Below, in pieces: positions 26,851-40,111 of a stretch of 64,000 nt of DNA. Both the position numbers and the translations under genes were made by a program. Every line of letters starts with the position of its first letter. Position 1 is the first letter of the stretch. Source of the stretch: Eledone cirrhosa (Eukaryota); NCBI GenBank assembly GCA_964016885.1, contig OZ024742.1, positions 307,458,001-307,522,000 of the forward strand, given 5' to 3'. The notes under the pieces are model-generated. The model was not told the DNA's origin and did no database searches. It saw only the letters and a list, made by a program, of their open reading frames with translations.

Positions 26851-27065
26851 ATAATTTAATAAACAACACAATATAATTATTCCATTACCCAAGGATTCAC
26901 AAAGTCAGACGATTCTAACAGAGGCGTCTGAATCCGTTCATGAGATAGATCTCCAAATAAAGATTTTTATCTGATGAACGGATTCAGAGGCGTCTGTTAG
27001 AATCGTCGAACTTCGTGAAACCTTGGGTAATGGAATAATTATATTGTGTTGTTTATTACATAATT
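26851..27065. mobile_element. fold-back PLE pLTR-like element
   Basis: Imperfect palindrome with ~95-bp arms centred near 26957, next to (TA)n. Confidence 0.7.
26966..27034 (+). ncRNA. type I hammerhead ribozyme candidate
   Basis: TTTAT-CTGATGA-ACGGA...TTCGT-GAAA-CC-ttg-GG-TA-ATGGA. The core is complete, the triplet is GUA and the stems include G-U pairs. Confidence 0.7.
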
Positions 27066-28019
27066 AAATAGCTCTGTACCATACATTGAGCATTCTTCAC
27101 TCCTTTACCTTTTACACGGAAATACTTAACGCACACATCAGGTGAAGGGGGCGAGAGGGTCTCCTCATAGGTGTTCTTATTCACTGGATAGACGCTAGTT
27201 AAATTCCATAAAGTGTTGTCCGTGGTCAGGTGAAGTTGTTATTCTGAGTGTTCCGCTAGTCCATAGGGATGAGTTGGCTCATCTGGTCAACTCTGGTATT
27301 CAAAATGAAGTGGATTTTTAAGTCCAGTCCGTTGCTACGTGCAGTGTGATTCGGGCAGAACATATGAAGCAATCGCCTGTATATTGTTTCAGCAAAGCGC
27401 TCAACTTATTATTATGTGGCTATGTGGTGATGTGTTTCGCATCTGTATTTTGGGAAATTTCTTTCCGTTTTATGCAAAAATGTGACTGGTTGTGGAAGCT
27501 CACGCGATTATGTATAGAGTTGGGAAGGTTTTGTGCCAGCATTGGAAACGACTATAAATTTCATGAGAAGAAAAGAAGGGAAAGAGCAAGGACTATAATG
27601 CAAATGAAGAAATAAGGGGAAGAGAGAGGGTGACAGACTCTACACCTAGGCCAGAGTGGTGTTTCGGCTGCACCCCGCGAACAAAATGGCATAGGCATTT
27701 CCGTCGCTTTCGGCGATGGGTATTCCAATTGTGCACTCAACGGACCAACCTGCACAAGAAATTAACTTGTAAGATTGTCCCCTTAACAGAATTCTCAGTT
27801 TTGATAATAAAAAAAAGGCGCTGGGATTTCATCGATAACGGAGTACCCTTCTTTTTTTAGTGGCCCATGGATTCAGTGCTTATAAATTCACTGTTACTAA
27901 CGGCTTAGATATAAGGAATAGAACGATTTGCTACTCTACTATATTACAGAATATATGAGTAGCTTCGAGCAATCACTCTCACCCTTAGTAATAGATCAAT
28001 GTAAGCGCCTTTATAACTA

Positions 28020-28230
28020 CTGGTTTCTACTTTCGGCACAAGGCCAGTAATAGTTTAGAAGAAGAGCAAAGTTCTTTAAGTCAATTACAGGTACATTACT
28101 TTATTGACCCTAGAATGATTAAAAGCAAAGTTGACCCCGACGGGATTCGAACTCCGAATGTATAGAGCCAGAACAAATACTACAATGGTATTTTAACTGA
28201 CGCTCTATCAATTCTGCCACTAATCCACCA
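28020..28230 (-). mobile_element. tRNA-derived SINE, family A relative
   Basis: GGCACAAGGCCAG...AAAGTTGACCCCGACGGGATTCGAACTC...TCTGCCACTAATCCACC. Confidence 0.75.
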
Positions 28231-29346
28231 TTTACAATTATTGACATGTCTGTTATATCATGTGTTACATTTACACGTGTTTATAATGTTCGCTAAAATC
28301 TATCGATAAATTCTGTCGTTCAGCATATTATTATTTAGGTGAATTTCTTTACTTCAATTTGTATGATTATAGGGTGGTTCTAAAATATCCTAATTTTATT
28401 TTATGTTCTCTGTTACATAATAAACGTTTTGTCTCCAAATAAATCAGAGTGCATTTATTCATAAACATTTTTTCCCATGATTTGTATACTGTATTTGCAG
28501 TACTAGATATAACTTTTCTTTAAAAAACATCATACATCCTTCTTATTTCGCACTCACTGTCGCTATTTTTATCATAATGTTGATGATGCTGATAGTATTT
28601 GAGTAGTTTTTCTTATTTGATTCAGCATGTTATGCAAATGTTTATCAACTTCAGACAAAATCAATAACGCTGTTTTGATGTTAGACAAGCAACACACAAT
28701 ACAATATAACACTCTCACGTTTCACACAAATAATTAAAAACCTTTACATTCATTTCATTGTTCTCGTTCGATTTTTGTTCTTTTGTCTGGACCTACACCT
28801 CTGTCTGTCTTCCATTTCAATTCGTGAATTATTAATCTTATTTCATTATTGGAGATTATTTTTCAAGTTAATATCTTTAATGTTTAATACGTTATAAGAT
28901 ATTAATTTTTTTCTAAATCTTAAAATGAAATTTTCAATTTTCTTATATATAAATTTTGGCATGTCTGAAAAACAGACATTCCTGAATTTCTATGCAAAAT
29001 ATGACTGAGATTTCATTGCTGAACATAGCGGGGCAAAATCTCGGTGTTTCTTGGGGGCGACAATTCTTCGAAATAGCTGAAATAAAATAGCAACTTTTTC
29101 ATTACTAATTATTGATGTTATTCAAATAATGCAGAGAACTGTATGCATTCTATCCAAGGTACCTCAGGAAAATAACGAAGTTTACCTGGCGAGTATAGAT
29201 TACATATGAAGGTATCTTGCGGAAAGCAAAGTCATGACTATTGCAAAAATAAATTCGGAACGATCGTTCCGCCTGACTGAGCACATTCGTCTATTCGATC
29301 CCCGGCACTCGAAGCTGTGGTGACTTGGACTCTCCCTTTTATTTAT

Positions 29347-29876
29347 TGTTATGTCCTTATGGATAAATGAATACACTGCAACAGTGTAATAACAATATAT
29401 TCGAAACAAACGGCAATAACCACACGTAACGGGACAACAATCCAGCACGCTAACTCGAACTGTGAACTTGAACTCCAGCTTTGACTGGAACTAGTACTAA
29501 CTGTGGAACTAGTACCAGCTTCGACTATCAACACACGAACTGAGGAACTAGTACCAGCTTCGACTATCAACACACGAACTGAGGAACTAGTACCAGCTTC
29601 GACTATCAACACACGAACTGAGGAACTAGTACCAGCTTCGACTATCAACACACGAACTGAGGAACTAGTACCAGCTTCGACTATCAACACACGAACTGAG
29701 AAACTAGTACCAGCTTCGACTATCAACACACGAACTGAGAAACTAGTACCAGCTTCGACTATCAACACACGAACTGAGAAACTAGTACCAACTTTTCCAC
29801 TTACTCAGGCCGCTGCTATTTATATGTAGTGGTCCAGCCCAATCTTATCAGGGGGGCGTCGTACTCTCGCACAACA
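29347..29876 (-). mobile_element. solo LTR (LTR retrotransposon) with internal minisatellite
   Basis: Termini TGTTATG...CACAACA form a 6/7 inverted match. The flanks TTTAT/CTTAT fit a 5-bp TSD with one mismatch. A TATAAATA box lies on the minus strand at ~29817-29824. Confidence 0.75.
29506..29790. repeat. 39-bp tandem repeat, ~7.3 copies
   Basis: Unit GAACTAGTACCAGCTTCGACTATCAACACACGAACTGAG, nearly identical between copies, with no spacers. Confidence 0.95.
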
Positions 29877-32800
29877 CTTATTCATCAAAATTCATGTTAT
29901 TTTCTCATTTGAGTTATTTTTCTTTATTATGCTGACCGAAATGATTGCTACAATTTTTCTAGATGCAAATATATTTGTCAACAGATTAGACGATTTTCAT
30001 ATGTTATCCTACACAGAGAGGGGAAATACACCGAAACGTGTCCATAGCTGATTTTTACTTACAAATAAACATCGGATTTGTTGTAGGAATGTAAATAATG
30101 TAAATTGAATTCCAGAATTTAATTCTAATTTCTTCAAATTAGTTCCTCTTTGAGAGATACTGGCAATTGCTGGTAGATTCGTTCTCTTTTGCTTCATATA
30201 AGGCATGAATTCCAATTAATTAAGAATTTTGTTTGTTTACAGTAATACGCAATGTACCACCCCTTAATATATTTATCCAAATGAATGCCCTTGGTCCATA
30301 TTAGTTATTTTCCTCGAATCATTATATTTCTTTAATTCGGATCTGTAAATATTGCTATGATATATTCACACTGTATGCATTTTTTTATGCTTGATTAGCA
30401 ACATGTATCGAATATATTTTTAATGAATTATAATGCTGTATACCCCAAATCATTAACAATATAGATAATAATAACAATGATAATAATGAAAATGATGATG
30501 ATGATGGTGGTGGTGATTATAAGGATGATCACGATGATGAGGAGGATTAGGGTGATGAGGATGACTATAATGGAGATAGCATAAGCAAACTATCAACATA
30601 GAGCTTGCGAAATTTTTAACAGAAATTTGAATTCGTGAAGAGCTTCATGTAATGACTGGATATTTGTTTGGATAAACGTCAATATGTTGTTTAATTAATA
30701 TGGCATATTGTGTAAACAGACATGTTGCCTAGAGGCTAAGACAGTGTGACCAATCAGATTGGTGCTGATGCAGATAGTCTTTGAAATATGATTTCTGCCA
30801 GAGTCAACCACAATGACATAATATAATCATATCCAATTCTAACTGCATCCGATATACTTGCATGCAGTTATATATAGTTGTTTCGAGGTGATGAGTCACT
30901 AAACGTCAGATTAAATGCTTTCCGGTATTTTTTCCGATGCTCATCGTTTTCAATTCAAATCCAGCTTAGGTTAAATTTCGAAGTTGCTAAATTAAGTACC
31001 AGTTTTGGCCGATGTGTTGTCAAAATTATTAGAGCGTCGAGCGGGATGCATTGAGTATCTGTTTTGGCTCTGGTTTCTGAGTTTAAATCTCTGCTCCTAT
31101 CACTGAAGTAGTAATGACATGATAGGACTGGGAATCCTACTATTAAAACAACTAAAATCCTAGTATGATATGCAGCCACATTGGAGGTTGGCTAAAATCT
31201 TTCGCATGTGTGAGCCATAAAAACAATTCTCACTGTCATTTTACTAGAAAAATAACTGATCCATATTACATAGTACTAAGTCTCCTTCTATTGTAAGGAT
31301 TAGAAAATAAAGCTTGTACAATTTATACATTTGATCTGATAGGATTAGTAGCGAAAACTCAATTTATATCATATTATCTTAAAAGAAAGATACAATGTAG
31401 TTATAGATATACAAAAATACGAGATAGTAACTATTTCAAAGCCTTTCATCATAGGTCTGCTCAATCAGGATTGAATTCGGCTAAACAGAAAGAATCGTTT
31501 AGAAAAATACCATATCGTTGAAATGTAGCGAGACCCGTTATAACTTGCATTCGATGGACCGAGTTAGAGACAACGTGCTGTCGTTAACGTACATTGGTAT
31601 GAAGACCGTTTTTTCTGAGTAAGGTAACAAAGGTATGGTGAGGAGAAATACCCATAAAATGAGAAGGAAATGAATAAATAATGTGCCAATGTTATATCTA
31701 ATAAACACTAAAACGTTTCAAGCACTTGTAGAAATATGTACCTAGTATATCAAGTCTGCTATATGTCATAAGTTCATCTAAATGGCGTAGAATCATGTGT
31801 TGCACTTTAGTAGCAAAACCGATTCAAAGCAGTTCAATTACCGACATCCCAATTTCCCATTTCAACCTTGTTGCTCATCTAAAAAGAAAAGGTAATAATT
31901 CTTCATGGTTTTTGTTGACAAAAATAACGGCAATAATAAAAAATATTAATCATTATTTTTTTTTTTACATTACATCAGAATAATGACTTTATTCATTTAT
32001 TTTCATTAAAATTTCTATGTCGAAAGGATGAGTTCACTGAAAGAATCCCATTATAAAGAGAAAGATTGGAATTCAATTCAGTTTATTGTCATTGTATAGA
32101 TATATAATGAAAAAATGGAAAGCCAATAACCATATTTTTTATTGATATATTCATATTTGGCAATATTTAATGCATCATTTCATTTCCTAATATATTTTCG
32201 TAGTTACCATTATTGATCTTGATATTTTCTTTATTGTTATAGTTTATGGTTCTTTTGTAATAATTTTGTTATCTTTAAAATATTTATTGTTTCGTTTTGG
32301 TTCATCATTATTTTGTTTCAATTCTTTTTTTAAACACATACATGTGTGTATGTATGTAAAAGTATATAAAAATGTGTATGTAGTTGTAGTTATTTATTTC
32401 CATATATCCGTTCTTAATTCCAGAACTCACGTAAAAGCTGGAATTAAACAAACAGACAGACGAAATGAAATAAAAATGTTCTAGTGATTCAGAATTATGA
32501 ATAGAAATTACTAGATTGTCCATCTGCTGAAAACGTAGAATTCCATTTGGTTTTAATCATTTTTTTTTATATCTCCAAAGATTTCTATCACTAACTCATT
32601 CCAATTCCCGGTCACTGATTATCCTGACAAATGACCAGTGAAAAGAAATAAAAAAAAAAACGAAGCTGAAAAGCTTCATATGTCCCGAACAATCGTTTTA
32701 TCATTTATCTATTTGCTTACAGAATATATTGTTTGCATGCTTCATTTGTTTATTTACACCAGTGATAGTTACAAAAGGTAAATCAGTAACCGAATTTTCT

Positions 32801-34007
32801 TCAACAATCACCTGATTCTCTTTAGAAATGAGAATAATGTTTTAAGACCTAATTGTTAAGCTTGCGCACTCCACCGTAAAGATAGGAGTTGTGCTTAATA
32901 GGTCAACTCATTATTTAATCATAGATCCACTTAAACGGAACAGACCCAAACTACTGAATAACAAATGCTACAAAAGAATCGTGAAGAACAACAGCATCAA
33001 ATGCAAGACAAATAAAGAGTTCTTTCTTGATCAATTACGTCTGGCTTTAGTCTAGTGATATCTACATAGGGACATTGTTATCTCAGCTAATAAGAGCAAT
33101 GGAAATACTTTAGAATACGTTAGCTTAGAGTAATGTAAAAATCTATTTCATTAATTCTGAAACTTTCTCTATTATGAACATTGTCCAGAATTTCTCGTCG
33201 ACTGCCAGCTTCAGATGAGAATTCAATCATTTTAAACAGATGTTTTGAAAATTTTAATAACACATACGCACACACAGACAGACACGTACACACACATATA
33301 TATATACACCTACCCCATATATACATATAAGCTTCAGCTTATATAATTGTAGCTCCTGGTTTCACATTTACGACTGTTTAATCAATTAAAAGTAATAGAA
33401 ATATATAAAAAGAAATATTCGCAGTCTACTTAATTTCATTCACAAGTCATGGGTTGACCAGAAACTCTGGTAAATGACATTTCCCCAAGATGATACACAA
33501 TGGGATCGATTTCGGGACTTAATTATTACAAGGCAAACTTCTTAGGTATTCTATCATGTTGCGTCCACACTGGTAACAACCCATAGAAAATTACAACTAT
33601 AACAAACCCTGATTTTATTAGTGTATTTCATCCAAGAAATATGTAGGAAAATATCCTCTGTTTTTCGATTATAAATATTATTTATATGTGAAATTAAATA
33701 TTAAACAAATATGAATTTCTGAAAAGTATCGTTATTTCGGAATGAAATATATACATGTATCATACAATCGATATATGCCTTATGATCATAGGCATCATTG
33801 AACCCTTACCTCTCGAAGGAGACGTTTCTGTGGCTACGAAACCTCTCCAGGTTTGACTGCAGGTGACTTATCCCATACTCATACACACATACATATACTA
33901 TTTGATTTAACTCCACACTACTAGAAGTATCAAGATGAAAACACACATAAATCACCAGGTGCTCTCTACCTTCGTTTAAACTTACAAGTATATATATATA
34001 TATATAT

Positions 34008-34427
34008 ATAGGAAAATGTTCAAGACCCCGACGGAAGAGCTCAAGCCGTTGCATCGAAGCGGCTTGAGCTCTGCCGTCGGGATCTTGAACATTTTCCTAT
34101 AACACACTCAACTATCCTAAGTATTGAGTACTCTGGTTCCTTACCACACTTCCTTCGTTATCTAGCTCCTACCTTCATAGTATAGCACTTTCCGACCCTA
34201 ACACGCCATATCCCGACTTTTCCACCCAGCTCCAGTTTCTTCATAATACCTACCATGCGAAAACACACTATCGACTTTTCCACCAAGAACATCCCAGTGG
34301 GTCGAAACGGCTTGAGCTGTGCTATCGGGGTCTTGAACATTTTCCTATTACCCACTCTTCTACTACCCTAAGTATTGAGTACTCTGGTGCGTTATGGTCC
34401 ACCTGGTTCCTTACAACACTTCCTTCG

Positions 34428-34430
<3 letters not shown>
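34008..34430. mobile_element. PLE pLTR-like family B: fold-back plus two tandem terminal copies
   Basis: Palindrome at 34008-34099, then the terminal segment ...CTTCCTTCGTTA at ~34160 and again at ~34430. Flanked by (TA)n. Confidence 0.7.
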
Positions 34431-34469
<39 letters not shown>

Positions 34470-35913
34470 AAATAAGATGCTGAGGTTACATATATCGTTT
34501 AATCATAATAATTATTTCTACGGTTCTCCATGCAATCGAGATGTCCTTCATGAATTTGCTGTTGATTATGAGAACGGATTCCTCAGATGAAGATCGATAT
34601 ATTTGATATGTCGCTGGCAGGAAATCACACATCCTAATGCATGTGTGCCCCGCATACATATGAGTTCCTTGAAGGGTTTGCCAGCCGTCGCGTTTGTTAG
34701 AAAAAGCTATCAACGAAAAAAGACGAAAAGAACGAAGAACCGTGTGCAGCCAAAACCCAGTAGACAGTTGAATCAACACAAGGAGCTCTGAGAGGGGTGG
34801 GGCATACATTTAGTTGATGACCACCTATAGACAACAACAACAACGACAACTACAACCACAACAATGACAATAACATCAAACCGCCGACCAAAGTTATCCA
34901 CACTGGTCGCAATAGTTGTGCTGATACCATCACCCTATTGACAACAACAACTAAAACAACAGCAACAGTAAAAACACTTACAACGACAACAACAGCAAAA
35001 ACACAGACCAGCGTCGTGTATACAGGTCGTAGTTGTCGCAGTGACGGTACCACCATGTTGACCGTAAACAGCGATAACGCCAAAGCAATAAAAAGGAGTT
35101 TAGAGGTAGGTGGGTACACAGAGTTGGTGATATCAATCAACATGACCATAAACAGTAACAACAACAATGACAACGACAACAAACACCAACACCGCCCATC
35201 ATCCACCCCGTTCGTCGCAGTAGTGGTGGTATCATCTATCTCAGTATTACGCCATTGGTAACACCAATAACAACAACAAGACCAGCGATAACCCCTCCAC
35301 GGCGACGGCGGCAACAGGAAAAAAAGCCACGCTTTTGCTGGTGTTTGTTAGTTTAGTATTGTTGAAACTACTAGAATTTCAACAATACTAAACTAGCATA
35401 CATCATCTTTAGCTGAAACGGTAAATAATTATAAAAAAAAAAATAAATAGATTTCAAGTTATCGTGGAACACCATTCTACAATTCTACAAAGAACTCCAT
35501 ATCTTGGGAACAGGAGGGAATGCAGATGATATTCAGGGGAGATCTTGGAAATTATTAAATCTAAGGACGATTTATTAGGTAAAAGGCAGGAACTGATCAT
35601 AGTTTGTAATCAACGTATACGAAGAACATTTAAATACTATACACCTAATTAAATATTCTAAATAGCAACTCACTATAATTCTATATAGTACCCCTTTCCC
35701 CTAATTATATGCATTCATGCTTATTTTTTACCTTTTAATGTTTTAGTTTCCTTAGGTTTACGCATTAATGACTAAAGGCAACAAGGTACACAACCACCCG
35801 TAATTGCATGAGTAAATATATATCTATGTATGATATGGAAATATATTTATATGTGTGTGTATATATATATATATGTATGTGTATATATGTATATATATGT
35901 ATCTGTATGTGTC

Positions 35914-35946
<33 letters not shown>

Positions 35947-36086
35947 GGGTTTGTGTGTGTGTATATGTGAGTATAGGTGTATGAGTGTTTATATATGAGT
36001 GTGTGTACATGTATGAGGAGTGTACACACACACACATATATATATATATGTATGTGTGTGTATATATATGTATAAGTATATATATA

Positions 36087-36187
<101 letters not shown>

Positions 36188-37278
36188 ATGTATGTATATA
36201 TATATATATATACATGTATATATGTGGGTATAGGTATGTATGTGTGGATATATATATGTATGGATATGTGTGTATATGATTATGTGCATATGTGTAAATG
36301 TGTATTTAGGTTTGCATCTATTTGTGCGTATGTATATTTTGGGTTGGATATCAATTTAACTGTACCTCTCTATATATATAGTGTGGATATATGCATTTTG
36401 TAATCTATTAAATTTATGTGTTTTAACTATGCCAACATGTATTTATCTGAGTTTGATTATTTATGCATAAACATACTTGATAGTATTTTAGAGCGTATCA
36501 TATGCTGTATTATACTAAGTGCAATTTACCACACCGTACTATATTGTGTTGGTTAAGTTGTATATTATCGCATTACTGTATTTCATTATCTTATTATAAT
36601 TTTCATCTTTTAATATACTATCTTTCCTATCCATAACCTTAATTTATATTCACCTAAAAACTCAATACAACACTAATCACCATTTATTTTGACATTCTTT
36701 TTAACTTCACTATACCAGATAATTCAACTATCAGTTTGACAATCCCTTTCCTCCTAATAGATATTTATGCCAATTCTACTATCAACACCATTCAACCATT
36801 CCTTTCAAGGGTCATGACCTCAACTAAAGTGTATTACTTTTCATCTTAACACCATATGAAAAAAACAATTTGATTCGTTAGTTCTTCAACGCCTCCAAAT
36901 AAGGACATGATACTAACATACTACTAATTCTGAATAAAATTATTATTGAATAAAATTATTATTGCTTTTGAAAACAGCTGGTGATATGCATGTAAGTAAA
37001 TATTCTTTTTATCTGATATTTTGTAACTAACCTTACATAGATCAATAACGGAGTATAGCTACAATGTATTATCATCATCTAGAAACGATTGTAAAGCAGT
37101 GAAGTATATCTCTAATGACTTGATTTTTTATTTCATTGTTTTAACATATATCATGACTCTGTTCTCCTTTTAATGTTTTATTGTTTTCCGAGATTAATCT
37201 TAACCTACAACATTTTCAACATATGGATTACATCGAGTTCTTCATACAGAATAGACCCCTCAACTTACTGTGGATACC

Positions 37279-37344
<66 letters not shown>

Positions 37345-37348
<4 letters not shown>

Positions 37349-37460
37349 CCAGTAAGACCCCGTCGGGGTCTTACTGGTTCCTATTACCCACTCTACTACC
37401 CTAAGTATTGAGTACTTTGGTGCGCTATGGTCCACCTGGTTCCTTACCACATTTCCTTCG

Positions 37461-37463
<3 letters not shown>
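37345..37463 (+). mobile_element. PLE pLTR-like family B remnant
   Basis: Palindrome GAACCAGTAAGACCCCG-T-CGGGGTCTTACTGGTTC followed by the family 3' end ATTTCCTTCGTTA(TA)n. Confidence 0.7.
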
Positions 37464-37524
<61 letters not shown>

Positions 37525-37528
<4 letters not shown>

Positions 37529-37912
37529 GATAACAAAATATCGTTATAGGTAATCCAGTTAGAGGTTGTGAATACTTGGTATTGTGGATAGTTTTAGCGT
37601 ACGGCGTTGTTTGAATCAACAAGAGGTTTTCGTAGGTGGCTAGTTTATGAGTTCTCTTGCATTCCTATGTAAGTTAATCTTGGAGTAATAATATTGAAAG
37701 AGTGAAGAATAACATGTACAACAGTACAAAACAAGGTTTTATTTACAGTCTAACAATTGTTAGACTGTAAATAAAACCTTGTTTTGTGCTGTTGACCATG
37801 TTATTCTTCACTCTTTCAATATTATTACTCCAAGATTAGTGAAACAATTGTTAGACTGTAAATAAACCCTTTTTTGTACTGTTGACCATATTATTCTTCA
37901 CTCTTTCAATAT
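37525..37912. mobile_element. PLE-like remnant with a palindrome of ~80-bp arms and a tandem pLTR end
   Basis: 37675-37838 is a palindrome centred on ACAATTGT. It is followed by GAAACAATTGTTAGAC (hammerhead 3' half) and a repeat of the arm. Confidence 0.65.
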
Positions 37913-38356
37913 ATATATATATATATATATAGGGAGAGAGAGAGAGAGATAAAGAGAGAAGGGGAGAGGGGGGGGGGGCGAGTGTGTGTTTGAGTGAAAG
38001 AGCGAGAGGAAGAGAAATCCTTCCGAAGTTAAATAGTTAAACCTCCAGCTAAGACATAGCAAACTAATAGAAAAACAACGGTAAATTAATTTTAGTTGCG
38101 CTGGTACTATGCTTTCCCTGCACTGAAGTCAATTCTATACCAGTTATTCGCGTGTTAAAAGCGCTACTTTAAGGTCTCCCTGGATATTGTCTTGTTATAT
38201 CATTGGTAGTCTGCTTCTTTTTCTTAAACTTTGAAATTTTTTAGATTATAGATATCTGAAACATTCTTGATTAAGATTATGAACTTTTAGGTATGAAACG
38301 TTTTAAAAATATATATTTCTACATTACCTTTTGAAATTATACTGTATTATTGGATA

Positions 38357-38817
38357 TCTAATATAAAAGGAGCGCGGGAGTGCGTACGGTTTATAATTTT
38401 TTTATCACATTAGTAAAATAAGTTGCATTACTTTGAATAAATAATGAATGAATATTACATAATTTATCAACTAAATTTTGTGGCTGTTAATTAAATATAT
38501 TTTGTTAATCTAAATATTCACTGCTTTAAAATTTCTGATATGTCAACACTTCCGGTTCGCCATCGCTTAAATAAACATACTAATTTTCTGTCACTAATTT
38601 TCTCCTAATGCAGTTTATATATAATATCGTCTTTTTTTAATGTATCATGGATTACGTTACTGATTACATAAGAGAGTGTAACGTAGTCTTCGTTCAATTT
38701 CTGTGTATTATATATTGTCAATTACGATTTTATTTGATGTATATACCTGCGTATAATATCAATATACACACTACACATGCTAGCAGAAAACCACCTGAGC
38801 GGTGGTTTTTCTGCTAG
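38357..38817 (+). mobile_element. non-autonomous Helitron-like element
   Basis: 5' end A|TCTAATATAAAAGG. The 3' end has the hairpin AACCACC-tgagc-GGTGGTT followed by CTAG. A second copy lies at 19957-20429. Confidence 0.55.
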
Positions 38818-39479
38818 CATTTTTTATAATACATCTTGCCACAAAAATGTTTTCTCAATAATCTGAAACTGGATATCAATTTCTACATTACGTGACGGAG
38901 ATGATCAGATACAATACTAAAACACTTATGCCCCCAATATGATGCCCCAAAGTGATTTATGTTACGCTTAACCATATTTCATCGATCTCAAGAAAGGAAA
39001 ATCAAAATCGCCGAATACAAGTCAGAAAGGTGAGGAACGAAATTAATAATGAAATGCCAACTATATAATGTTGCGAAAATTATTCATTGGATAATTCTGT
39101 ATGATATATGGCCATACATTAGAGTGACACATACCTAATATAGTGAGTTGAAAAACTTTGATTAATTAAGAGAATATCTGTAATTAGTAGAATAAAACAA
39201 ACTACATTTAAAGGTATATAAAATCTAACAAGGAAAATCTCCAATGCTATCATAAAAGAGAACATTTTCGAAAGTAAGGAAGATACAGTTAAGAGTGAAT
39301 TCTGTTTTTAAAGAGAGCTGATAAAAAACAACGGACATGTTTCGATTTTATAAGCTCTTCTTATTGAAGCATAATGTACTCAGCTGGCACACTAGCATCC
39401 TACAAGACGAACTGTCTAGACTACCATTAAAAAATCTGTGCCATTCAACATTAATAAAAAAAGAAAAATCATATATATA

Positions 39480-39790
39480 ATAATTGTTTCTACTATTGGC
39501 ACAAGGCCAGCAATTACCCAGTACATTATTTGTACTTTATTTTATCGACCCCGATAATCGTAAATAATAATTGTTTCTTATATAGGCACAAGGCCAGCAA
39601 TTTTTGGCGGAGGGGAAAGTCGATTAAATCGACCCCAGTGCGTGACTGGTACTTTATTTTATCGGCCCCGTAAGGATGAAAGGCAAAGTTAACCTCGGCC
39701 GGATTTGAACTCAAATCATAAAGGGGCGTAACTCTATGCTGCAAAGCATGGTCTCCGATACTCTACCGATACTGCCAATCCACAGCCCTT
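39480..39790 (-). mobile_element. SINE family A, full copy plus tandem 3' fragment
   Basis: Full copy at ~39565-39790 and an extra 3' end at 39480-39553. Confidence 0.85.
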
Positions 39791-39847
39791 AATAATCGTA
39801 AATAATAATGATATTCAATATATGATAAAAGCAATAATAAACATTAT

Positions 39848-39908
<61 letters not shown>

Positions 39909-39911
39909 GCT

Positions 39912-40111
39912 ATGGATTGACAGGATTGGTAGGGGGTCGGACGCCATGCTTTAACGTATAGAGTTACGGCCCTTGCCATTCTCAGTTCAAATCCCGCCGA
40001 GGTTAACTTTGCCTTTCATCCTTACGGGGTAGATAAAATAAAGTACCAGTAATGCACTGGGTAATTGCTGGCCTAGTGCCAAACGTAGAAACAATTATTA
40101 TTATTATTATT
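39912..40111 (+). mobile_element. SINE family A with (ATT)n tail
   Basis: Head-to-head with the previous SINE across (TAC)n. The tail abuts the 3' end of the R4 element. Confidence 0.85.

Noticed and set aside
28960-29340. Possible minus-strand exon pair with a GT-AG intron
   Set aside because: Stops occur in all frames of the upstream segment and no homology is recognisable.
29506-29790. CRISPR-like array
   Set aside because: Head-to-tail identical units without spacers, inside an LTR in eukaryotic DNA.
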